Source of the DNA: Dictyostelium discoideum
Taxonomy: Eukaryota
Assembly: GCA_000004695.1 (NCBI GenBank)
Contig: CM000152.2
Location: 4,928,001-4,992,000, forward strand
DNA: 64,000 nucleotides
Direction: 5' to 3'
Under the pieces are notes generated by a model. That model worked only from the letters and a program-made list of their open reading frames with translations. It was not told the origin of the DNA and ran no database searches. Position numbers and translations under genes: made by a program. Shown piece by piece: positions 25,931 through 37,872 of this stretch; position 1 is the first letter of the stretch; every line of letters begins with the position of its first letter.

Positions 25931-26320
25931 ATGGAATTATTATTATTATTATTATTATTAATATTTTAGTTATTTTTTTCATTTTATAAATCACTTGTTG
26001 GTAAAGAGATTACAGTGGAATTAAAAAATGATCTTTCAATAACAGGATTATTACAATCAGTTGATCAATTTCTTAATATAAAATTAAAAGATATTAAAGT
26101 AAACGAAGAAGATAAATACCCATATATGATTTCAGTTAAAAATTGTTTTATTAGAGGTTCAGTTGTAAGATATGTACATTTACCAGCAGAGGATGTTGAT
26201 GTTGAAACTTTACAAGATCACTCAAGGTTAGAAGCAAGAGAACAAAAAAAACAAAATAAACAACACCAAGAACAAACTAATCAAAAATCTTCAAATACAA
26301 CAACAACAACAACTGTTTAA
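25931..26320 (+). CDS. lsm2: U6 snRNA-associated Sm-like protein LSm2. The main exon is 25970..26320. A putative 3-nt first exon (ATG at 25931..25933) is uncertain.
   Basis: The exon reads LFFSFYKSLVGKEITVELKNDLSITGLLQSVDQFLNIKLKDIKVNEEDKYPYMISVKNCFIRGSVVRYVHLPAEDVD. This matches LSm2 from the N-terminus (MLFFSFFKSL..ELKNDLSI.G.L.SVDQYLNIKL.D..V...EKYPHMLSVKNCFIRGSVVRYVQLP). The only upstream ATG (25931) is separated from this exon by 36 nt of (TTA)n ending in ttttag. Confidence 0.7.
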
Positions 26321-26713
26321 ATTAATTAAAAAAAAATAAAAAATAAAAAATAAAAAATAAAAAATAAAAAATAAGAAAAAACAAAACAAAAACTATAAAT
26401 ATAGAATTAAATATAAATATAAACTTAAAACAAGCCACACCACCAACATGAACCACAAAAACCACAAAAACCACAAAAACCACAAACTTTTTTTTTCTTT
26501 TGGCATAATGAAAAAAAAAAAAACACTGTTATTCCAATTTTAATTAATTTTAATTAATTTTAAAAGAAGAAAAAAAAAAAAAAAAAAAAAAAAGATATTT
26601 TTTTAAAAGATCTTGATGAGTGGCCCAAAACCAAATTTTTTTATTTATTTCTTACTTGGGTATACCCATCGTTGGATTTCTTTTTTTTTATTTTATTTTA
26701 AATTTATTCATTT

Positions 26714-26750
<37 letters not shown>

Positions 26751-27319
26751 ATAAGAATTAATTTATAAATTACAAACTACCAATTATTATATTTTAGAAA
26801 TAAAATTTTTTTTTTCTATTTTTTTTCTTTTTATTTTTAATTTATTTTTATATTATTAAAATATCAGGATCAAACCTCGATATATAAATTGAAAATATCT
26901 TTTAAATCACTTTTAAACCACATTTTATATAATTTACTATATTTTGTGGGGTTTAAGTGAAAAAAAAATAAAAAAAAAATAAAAATCCAGAAATTGTTTT
27001 TTAATAAAAAAAAACTTTCAAATTACACAATGTAATTTGGTGATTGGTTCCGTTGCACCTTTTTTTAGTTTACAAAAACTCTTCTTTTAAAGATTGGACA
27101 ACAATATAAAAAAAAAAAAAAGAAAAATTGCAACTATGTTCTCATTATTGAATTAATTTATCAGCCAATTTTCAAAGGTCTTAAAATAATTTTTTTTATT
27201 TTATATTATTTTTTTTTTTTTTTTTTGCTTTTAAAGAGTAATTATTCGCTGAATCAACTAATAATTATCTAATTGTTTTTTTTTTTTTTAAAAAAATTGT
27301 AAAAAAACCATGACAACCA

Positions 27320-27356
<37 letters not shown>

Positions 27357-28216
27357 TTTTTTTTTTTTATTTTTTTTAATTTTTTTTTTTTTTTTTCTTT
27401 CTTTTTTTACAAGTTTACAAAAATAGATTCAATACCATCACCTTAGAATCTCATCCACTTTACATTTCAAAAAAAAAAAAAAAAAATAATGATGGGTTAG
27501 AATTATATTTATTTTTAACTACACCAAAAAAAAAAAACCTCACTCACACATATCAACACACTCATAAAAAAAAATAAAAATTTCCAATCAAAATTTTTGT
27601 TTTCTTTCATCGACCACAACTAAATTCACAATTTTACATATTATTTTAAAAAAAAAAAAAAAAAAAAAAAAGAATTTATGGAAACAAATTTAATTTCGAG
27701 TCAATCTCTGAAAAGAGACTATATCTTTTTTATTATAAAGTTTTTCTTTAATGTGATTTTTGAATAAAAACAAAATAAAAATATATATGGTTCACTTTTC
27801 TGTGCTTATGTGTGTAGGAAAAAAATGGAGAAAATAAATTAAACTTGGTTGGGAGATATAAATATAACATAATACTCTGCCTTGAGGTTTTGTATTAAAA
27901 TGAAAATTAATTTAAAATAAATTTTTTTTTTTTTTTTTTTATTTTATTTTTTTTTTTTTTTATTTTAAAAAATAAAGGCATTGGTCAGAAATATTATCAT
28001 TTTTTATTTTTTTTTTTTTATTTTTAAAATAATTAACTTATCAATACAAATAATTAGAAAATAACTAAATAATTAAAGTTTTTTTTTTTGTTTTGTTTTT
28101 AGATACGAATTCTTGGATCTTTAAAAAATTAAATAACTAAAATATAAAAAAAAAAAAAATAATTAATAAAAAAATAAAATTAAAAAAGTAAGATAATAAA
28201 AATTAAATATTTTTTT

Positions 28217-28259
<43 letters not shown>

Positions 28260-28563
28260 CGTTAAATTTTATTTTTAGAATTTATTTGTTATTTTTTGTG
28301 TGTTGCCTAATAATTATTTGATACAATCGGTTGTTTTTATTGATTTTCAAACTTTTTTTTTTTAAAAAAATAATTGTTCAAATTATTTGTGCTAAATAAT
28401 AAACATAAAATAATTCGGTTACAATAATAAAAAAAAAAAAAAAAAAAAAGGTACAAAGTGTGAAATTGATATATATTATAATTTTTAATAATTTTGGATA
28501 CACAGTGCCATTGTCTTAGAAAATAAAAAACAAAAAAAAAAACAAAATAAAAAATAATAAAAA

Positions 28564-28599
<36 letters not shown>

Positions 28600-28668
28600 A
28601 TTCTAAAAATAACTTTAACCTCCAAATTATCATTCAAATATAATAATAGTAAAGTGCGTTATATATAA

Positions 28669-28710
<42 letters not shown>

Positions 28711-29063
28711 TATAATAATAATAATAATAATTGTTCAATTCAGAATTTTTTTTTTTATTATTTAAGAACCACATTTGTGTGAATTTGATTGTGATTGAAT
28801 TCAAATTTTTTTTATTATTTATTTTTTTTTTATTTTAATTATAATCAATCATTTAAAAGAAAAAAAAAAAAAAAAAAAAACAAAATCAAAATTCCAACCC
28901 CACTTTTTCATTTTCCAACTTTAAAAAGACACATTGTGCTATTTTACACACAAAAACATATGAAAAAAAAAATCAATCTCCCACTACAAAAAAAAAAAAA
29001 ATAAAAAAAAAAAAAAAAAAATGTGGGGGTTGTGTTTTTAGATCAAAATATCAAATTTAAATA

Positions 29064-29102
<39 letters not shown>

Positions 29103-29280
29103 ATTTTAAAACTTTGTTGTTATTTTTTTTTTATTTTTTTTTCTTTCTTTTTTTTTCTAATTGAATAACAAAATAAAAAAATTTATTTTTGTAAATACTG
29201 TCTTCAATATTCAATAAGTTGAAAATAGTCAATCAATTAATTGTTTGTTTAAAGTAGTATTTAGATTTAAAATAAAATAA

Positions 29281-29316
<36 letters not shown>

Positions 29317-29986
29317 ACCTCACTTCATAAATATATCTTTGTAAATTAATCTTTCTTACTTTTATTTTTTATCTCAATTCTGTTATGGTAATTATTATTA
29401 TTATTATTATTTTTTATTTTTTATTTTTTATTTTTTATTATTATTATTATTTTTTATTTTTATTTAAATTTATTTTTATTTTATTTTTTTATTTTATTTT
29501 ATATTTTATTATTATTATTATTTGTTATGGATAAAATGTAGCGGCGCCTGCAATGTTTGGATGTGTTGTTTGTTTTAATATTTGATAAATAATTATAATA
29601 ACAATAGCAACAAATGAATTTGTGTGATTTTTTGTGGTATTTTTAATATATTGTGGTTGAAAGTGGGTTGGATTTAATTAAAATTATGGTAAAATCAATT
29701 TTTTTTTTTCATCAAACAATAATTTTTTAAATAATAAATAATTCCAACACACACAAAAAAAAAAAAAAAATAAAAAAAAAAAATAAAAATTAAAAAAAAA
29801 ATAAAAAAAAAATTAATAATAAAAATAATAATGAAAATAATAATAATAATAATAATGATATTTGGTTAGGTTAAAATTTGAAACTGAATAGAATTGTGTG
29901 TGTGTTTGTGTGTGTGTGAGTTTGCATGCGTTTTTTAATTTTTTTTATTTTTTTTTTTATTTGTTTTTATACACACAGTTTTATTA

Positions 29987-30038
<52 letters not shown>

Positions 30039-30495
30039 TTTGTTAGTAATATTATTACTATTATATAAAATAAAATAAAAATAAAAATAAAAATAAAATA
30101 AAAACTATTATCTAAAACAACTATATAAAATAATTTATTTTACTAGTAAAATTAATTTGTTGTACCATTAAAAATTTGTAATAAATAAATAAAAAAATAT
30201 ATTTATAATATGATTATTTATTGTACGCTTCAATTATCTACCACAAAATAAAAATTTTATTTTTTTAATTTTAAATATTTTAATCACTATTATTATTTGT
30301 TTTTTTTTGTTTTTTTTTTTCTCTCCTCATCAAAATTCTTTACTAACACAACAACATCACTTTTATTTATTATTATTATTTTTTTTTTAAATTAATTTAA
30401 TTATAGTTAATTTTTTTTAAAAATATATTGTATTGATAGGAAAATAAAGTAGTAATAATAACAATAATAAATAATAAATAATAATAATAAAAAAA

Positions 30496-30529
<34 letters not shown>

Positions 30530-30601
30530 GTAATATTAAAATAGTAATAATAATAATAATCACAAAAAAAAAAAGTAATAATATTAAAAAATTATTAAAA
30601 A

Positions 30602-32414
30602 ATGGCATCTAGCTCACCAATGTTTAATGATCATGCAATTGCAAGATCAAAATATGCATTAAATAGTGTACTTCAACAAACAAATGAATTACATGATGGA
30701 AATGGTGGTGGTGGATACACACCATCCTCACCACATTTAGGAGGTGTATCATTAAATAAATCACAAAATCAGCCATATACTCAATATAATAATGGTGGTG
30801 GTGGCGGTGGTGGTGGTGGTGGTCATATTAATCCCATGCATTTAAATTTAAATTCAATTACAAATAATCATAATAATCATCATAATCATCATCCAAATAC
30901 ATTAAGTACACCACATAATAATAATCATAATAATAATAATCATAGTACATCACATCATCCACATAGTAATAGTGTTGCAAATGGTGGTCATTTATCACAA
31001 TCGATCACACAACAAAGGGGTGGATTGGCAGATTTAGCAAATGCTGTAATCAATAGAAAAAATAGATCAGATTCAGTACAAACCAAAATGAAACCAACCG
31101 ATTCAGCTAGTAATATAGAATCTTGGGCAAAAGTTGAAAAATTCTCAAGTTCAATCTTTGATTCTGAAAAAAGTAAAAAATCAAACATTTTCCAAAAATA
31201 TACTCTCAGATTAAAAAATTCTTATGAAAAAGGTTATTTACATCAACATTATAATTCACAAATTATGTTATTAAGAGTAAGTTTATATATAAATATATAT
31301 AAATTAATAAATTAATAAATATTAAAATTCTAATTATTATTTTTTTTTTTTTTTTGAAAAAAAGATTACAAATTTAATTGGTATAGTTGCAGTTTCATAT
31401 GGATTTACAAAAGAAGCGATTTTTATGTTAATTGCAATTAGAATATTATGTTTTAATTTATTTGCATTTTCAATATTTTTATCATTTTTAAGAAATCGTG
31501 AATTGTATAAAAAGTTATTTCATCCATTATTTTTATTTTCATTTACAACATTTTTCATTACAATTTTATTGGAATATAAAACCACAACAACAACATTAAT
31601 TTTATTTCTATATGTTGTAATATTTTGTTGTCTATATGCACTCGGTTGTTTATTATTCATTTGGATGGTAATGTGTAATTTAATGAATGCAATTTGTTTC
31701 ATTATTTTCATATTCTTAGAATCAACACTCGATAGAAATAATTTAATTTCTTTTGTAATTTATATTTTAACAATGTTTTTAGTTGGTGCAAGTCATTTAT
31801 ATGTTTTAGAAAAGTTTAGAAAAGAGGTAAGTAAAAAATATTATTTATATTATTTATATTTTATTATTATTTATACCAAAAATATAACTAATTATTATTA
31901 TTATTATTATTATTATTATTTATTTAATTATTTTTTTGATTCTCTCTATAGAGTTTTATTGCAGAAAAGAAATTAATTAAAGAATCAAATATTTTAAAGA
32001 ATGAAAAAGAGAAATCATCAAAATTATTAAATAATATTTTACCAGATTTTATTATTGAAAATATTGTATATGATTTTGAAAAGAGAGATATTGTAATTCC
32101 AGAGCCAGAAGAGTACAAATCATGTTCAATACTTTGTTTTGATATTGTTCAATTTACAAATATGAGTGCAAAATTAGATTCACCATCACGTTTGGTTGAT
32201 TTGTTAACCCAAGTATTTAGAGAATTCGATACAGTAGTCTTAAGAAATGGTTGTCAAAAAATTAAAACTGATGGTGATGCTTACATTTGTGCTTGTGGTT
32301 TAAAGAGTAAAAAGAAAGCAAAGAAACAAATGCCAAATAGTAAAAGTACTCCACTTTTACAATCAACTTCTTCAACAAGTGTAAATAATATAGATTTAGA
32401 TAAAGATAATAAAG

Positions 32415-32445
<31 letters not shown>

Positions 32446-35128
32446 TAGTAACAATAATTTTAAAAATAAAAATAATATTATTAATAATAATAATAATAGC
32501 AATAGCAACAACAACAATAACAATAACAGCAACAACAACAACATCAATAACAGCGGTAATGATGATGATGATGAAGAAATTGAAGATAGTGAATTAGAAC
32601 ATTTTGAAAAATTAATTGATGTTGCAATTGAAATTATGAATTTAGATGTTTTAAAAGAGACTGGTAATACTGAAGGTATTCAAGTACAATTTAGATGTGG
32701 TATTGCAGCTGGTTCAGTTTATGGTGGTGTTATTGGTTCTCAAAAGTATCAATTCGATATTTGGGGTGATACAATCGCCAGAAGTCATACCCTCGAACAA
32801 TTGGGTCAACCAGGTAAAGTTCATGTTGGCGAAACAATCATGACCCACAAAAATTGGTTGAAAAAGTGGCAATATAATTATAATATCGTTTCAAACTCTG
32901 AATGTAAAGATCAAGAACATGATTATGAATTTCATAAAGCTCATGGTGAATGTATAACAAGTTACTTTGTAGATTGGAAAGATGACTATAGAGAGAAAAA
33001 GAAAAAAGATTTATCTTGTGACTTTAGTATTAATAAAGTTTTAAATGCTGAAACAATTGAATCAAAATCAAATAATAATAATTATAATAATAATAATTAT
33101 AATAATAATAATTATAATAATAATTATAATAATAATAATTTAAATAATAATAGTAATAATAATAATAATGAATATGGATCATCGTCTTCATCTTCTTCAG
33201 TATTAGGAGAAGCTGTTACCGAACAAATTGATTGCAACAATACAAATCCACCATTACAACATAAGAAATCACAATCAATTTTAACAAATAATGAAAATGA
33301 TATTGTTTCACCATCACTAACAAGTAATAGTCCAATTTTAGATACAACTGTAAATAATAATAATAATAATAATAATACCAATAATAATAATAAAAATCAA
33401 AATAATATTTATGGAAATAATAATAATAATGAAGAAGATTTTAAAATTAAATCAAAATCAAATAGTTCATTTGAAATTGAAATGTCAAATATTAAGAAAC
33501 CAAAGAGTAGATTTATTGATAGAGTTATGGGAATTTTACATCATGTTAAAATTAGTAATGATAAAATTGATAAAGAGATTATACAAATCGATGAAGATTT
33601 TGTAAAGGTTACAAAATTAAGAAAGTACTTTTTATTTTTTGAGAATTTAACCACCGAGAAATTCTTTCACAAATATGTTATTATCAATAATGTTGTTGAA
33701 ACTAAATTCTTTTTAGTCATTGGTTTAATATTACATTTAATGTTTTATTTAGATGATCACATTATGGATTCTGCACCTTATTTCAATAGTAATGTAATCT
33801 ATTTGGTTATGGGTATTGCATTTTTGGTTTACATTGGTTTATCATTCACTAGAATCTTTAGAACTCCATTGGTTTATCAAATAGCTTTCTTTATTCTCTT
33901 ATGCGCATTTGGTGTTTGTACAGTTTTAGAATTAATTAGATTCCAAAATCCATTAGCAAGATCTTCTTTAACTCGTGTTTGTGCAACTTTATTTTATTTA
34001 AATGTTTTCCATTCTTTAAATTTCTTATCTGTTTTATTTTTAAATCTTTTTATTTTTTGTAAGTATTTATTATATTAAATATAAATATAGAATTTATTTA
34101 TTATTAAAAAAAAAAAGATATTAATATATTTTTTATTATTTTTTTTAGCATTTTTCATAATTTGTAGTATTTTAATTTCACCAACTTTAACAAATCATTT
34201 ATATGAAACCGATTACATTGGATTTGTTATTGTTTTACTTATTCAAATTTGTTCATCCTATGGTATGAAATTGGCAATGAGAAAAGCATGGGTTGTAAAT
34301 TGTAAAATCAATTTTAAGACAATTAGTGTAAATAAAGAGAAAGATAAATTCAATTTCTTATTGAAATCAATTTTCCCACAATCTGCATTAACCAAATTAA
34401 GAGATATGATAGATACTCCAAATATTGAAACCAAAGGTATAGTTTATGTTCAACCACATCAAGATGTTTCAATTATGTTCATTCAAATTGCAGGTTTCCA
34501 AGAATATGATGAACCAAAAGATTTAATTAAGAAATTGAATGATATCTTTTCTTTCTTTGATGGTTTACTTAATCAAAAGTATGGTGGAACCGTCGAAAAG
34601 ATTAAAACCATTGGTAACACTTATATGGCGGTTTCAGGTTTAGATGGTAGTCCATCATTCTTGGAGAAAATGTCTGATTTCGCTTTGGATGTTAAAGCAT
34701 ACACAAACTCTGTTGCAATTTCAAGAGTAGTTAGAATTGGTATTAGTCATGGTCCTTTGGTTGCTGGTTGTATCGGTATCAGTAGAGCAAAGTTTGATGT
34801 TTGGGGTGATACTGCCAATACCGCCTCTAGAATGCAATCCAATGCTCAAGATAATGAAATCATGGTAACTCATAGTGTTTATGAAAGATTGAATAAATTG
34901 TTTTACTTTGATGATGAAAAAGAAATCCTTGTAAAAGGTAAAGGTAAAATGGTAACTCATGTACTTAAAGGTAAAAAAGATCTTGAACAAACAAACAAAT
35001 GGTTCACTAAACCACCCGAAGTTTGGGAAGTTAATGCTACTCCTGCTGGTATTGCCTCACCATTATCTGGAACTCTCTTGGGTGAAATTGGCTCATTCAC
35101 TACTCCAAGATTCCATCTTTCAAGTTAA
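30602..35128 (+). CDS. acaA: Adenylyl cyclase A (aggregation-stage 12-TM class III adenylyl cyclase). CDS is join(30602..31276, 31365..31826, 31952..34058, 34149..35128), 4224 nt, giving 1407 aa.
   Basis: The topology is an N/H/G-rich N-terminus, 6 TM segments, a C1-like cyclase domain (ILCFDIVQFTNMSAKL...KIKTDGDAYICACGL, with the metal-binding Asp residues), 6 TM segments, and a C2-like domain (KIKTIGNTYMAVSGL ... KFDVWGDTANTASRM, with the ATP-specifying Lys and Asp). Three GTAAGT donors lie at 31277, 31827 and 34059, with ag acceptors. All phases are consistent. The computed length of 1407 aa equals the known length of ACA. Confidence 0.85.
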
Positions 35129-35445
35129 GAAGGCAAAACACAACAAATATATATTTATAAAAATTCAATTGTCAATAATAAAAATAATTTTGATGGAAAA
35201 GTTAATTCTTTTTTAATTGGGAAAAAAAAAAAAAAAAAACTAAAAAACTAAAACAAAAACTAAAAAAAAAAAAAAAAATTGTATTATTAAAAATAAATAA
35301 AAATAAATAAAAATAAATGTTAAAAATAAATACCCTTTTATAAAATAAATTATTATTTTTTAATTAAGTGAAAAAAAAAATAAAAATTATAATAATTTTT
35401 ATTTTTTAATTATTTATTTTTTATTTATTTGATTAAATTAAAAAA

Positions 35446-37153
35446 TTATGGTAATAGTTTTAAAGATTTATTAATTCTATTAAGTTTTTTCATTTTTCTA
35501 CAATTAAAAATCCAAGAAATTATGAAAGCAGTTAGAAAGATTAAAAACATAGAAAGTACCCCACAAAAGTAAGATAAAAGATTTTCCCTAAGTTCGTTCC
35601 ATTGTTTGGCAGTATCACTTGGAGTTTGACATGATTCGGCCAAATCAGTGAATGACGAATCACCATAGAAATTTGTATTTGCTTCATCACAAACAATTAG
35701 TTGGAAATCATTGGTACTTGATGGTGCAAATACAAATTGATTATTGTTGGCAATTACGTCTGATAAGAGAGAATTTATAATCGATGTACCATTTGAAAAA
35801 ATACGATTTGAAAATAAATAAATATTAGACATCTGAGGGCTGAAGAGTCCAACATTACCATGGAGGTTACCTTCTTTGGTGTTAAAATCACTAGAAACAT
35901 ATAAATCAATAGTACTATTTTCAAAGTATGCAAAGGTACTAATTAAGGTTATAACATCCATTATCACACCACTACTATAGTTAAGCTCAACATTGAATTG
36001 ATTTGCATTCAAAAGAGAATTAACAGAATAAATTAGTGATCTTGAACCATCAAATTCTCCAGAAATACTAACTTGGTTTAATGAAACACGACAATTGGAA
36101 AATCTAAGAAAAAAGGAATATATACTTCCATAATATTTTGTATTAATAATTGATACATTATTCATTGTAAAACTACCTGCAGTAATTGAGGCAATTGAAC
36201 TTCCACGATAAATTAAAAAAGAGTTGAAAATTGTATTTGAGATTGTTAAGTCAATTATAGGACCAAAATCATAATTAAGTACAAATGGGACATTATTATT
36301 GACATTGGTGATGTTATTTGAACCAAAATTGCAATTGTTTAAGATGAATGAAATATTGATATTATCATTTGGATATTGTTCACCAAAAAAGTATTGTGTT
36401 ACCATTTTCATTTCTAAATCTTGACTTGATTCATCATTTTTTAACAATTTAGAGGAATCCATTGATAATGGTTTTTTAATTCCATGATTTTTTAAATCAT
36501 TTGATTCACTACTAATTCTTGAATTACCTGAGAGTGAAAAATATGGAGAATAAAGAGATTCACATAAAAAATTTACATTTTCAATATCAACATTTAAAAA
36601 TGCATTTACACCTATATAACCTTGGAAAAAACAACCAGACTCTGAAACATTTAAAGAGTTACATCCAGAGATTGTTACATATCTAATCATAATGTTTGTA
36701 GGAACAATACTAGTTGCTTTATATGGATATTCGACAATGAATATTGGTGATACTGTACCATTTATATTTGGAACTAAAAATTGTACCAAATCATTTGAAT
36801 TTTGGGCACTAATAGAAATATTCAAACCATATAAATTTATTGGATTTTGAGAATAATAATTTCCTGAATCCAATAAAATTTCAATTGAATATTGATTATA
36901 TTCATAGGATTTGATTTGTTGAATTGAATAACCAATTGTTTTTCTAAAAAAAAAAAAAAAAAAAAAAATTAATTAATTATATATCATTACCAATAAATTA
37001 TTATCATTTTTTATTTATATATACTTACCATGGAGATGTAAAACTACCACAAGAGTTATTATCATTACCACTATTGGAAATGTATTTTGAGAATTGTATG
37101 TTACCAAAAGTTGAATTTATTAAAAGGAAAATTAAAAGTATTAAGTATTTCAT
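35446..37153 (-). CDS. Type I membrane glycoprotein with beta-helix-like N-x-S/T-rich repeats. This is paralog 1. Exons: join(37153..37029, 36943..35446). The junction codon reads TGA (see findings).
   Basis: Exon 1 reads MKYLILLIFLLINSTFGNIQFSKYISNSGNDNNSCGSFTSP plus TG, followed by a GTAAGT donor. Exon 2 reads (A)KTIGYSIQQIKSYEYNQYSIEILLDSGNYYSQNPINLYGLNISI... A C-terminal TM segment (LLSYFCGVLSMFLIFLTAFIISWIF) and a basic tail follow. It is homologous throughout to 37873..39936. Confidence 0.6.
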
Positions 37154-37872
37154 ATTTGTATTTATTGTTTATTTAAAAGAAAAATTGTATAATAATAAAA
37201 AAAAAAAAAAAAATTATTTTATGGTTGTTTTTTTAAACAAAAAAATCTGATTTCGATAAAAATTAATTGAATGGTGATGTGTTTGTTTTGATCTCAAAAA
37301 AAAAAGTAGTTCCAAAAAATTATTATTATTAAAATCTAAATTTTTTTTTTTTTTTTTATAAAATGATATAGTAAAAATCATAATTTGAATATAAAAAAAA
37401 AAAATAATCTTCAACTCAATTATTTATTAACTTTGGTTTTAAATTTTTAAACAAACTTGAATATTCATTTTTATTTATTTTTGTATTTTTTTTTTTATTT
37501 TTAGAATAATGATTTCATTTTTTTTTTTAAAAAATCTTTGTTTTCCAACAAAAATTATGGAAAATATCTGAAATCCAAAAATATAAAAAAAAAATAAAAA
37601 AATAGGTTTAAAAGAAACTGTTTAAATATTTTTTCACTTTTTAAACATTTTTTTTTTCTACTTTTTCAAGTTTTTGATTGTTTTTTAAATAATTTTATAT
37701 TGGTGTTAAAAAAATAAAATGTGCGTAAAAAAAAAAAAAAAAAAAAAATTAAAAATATATAAATAATATAATTTGAATGTACATTTAATTTTTTTTTTTT
37801 TTTTTTTAAAAAAAAAAACATTTATTTTAGTTTTAATTATTATAAATTACTGTACATTTTATTTTTTTTATT

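Noticed and set aside
28337-31188. Short ORFs in the acaA upstream region and antisense to acaA exon 1 (28337..28633, 28795..29004, 30417..30608, 30988..31188).
   Set aside because: They consist of homopolymer-derived poly-F/K/L peptides, or are antisense to a well-supported coding exon.
32281-33381. Minus-strand poly-Leu ORFs inside the acaA C1 domain.
   Set aside because: They are antisense of the (AAT)n/(AAC)n poly-Asn insert of the sense gene.
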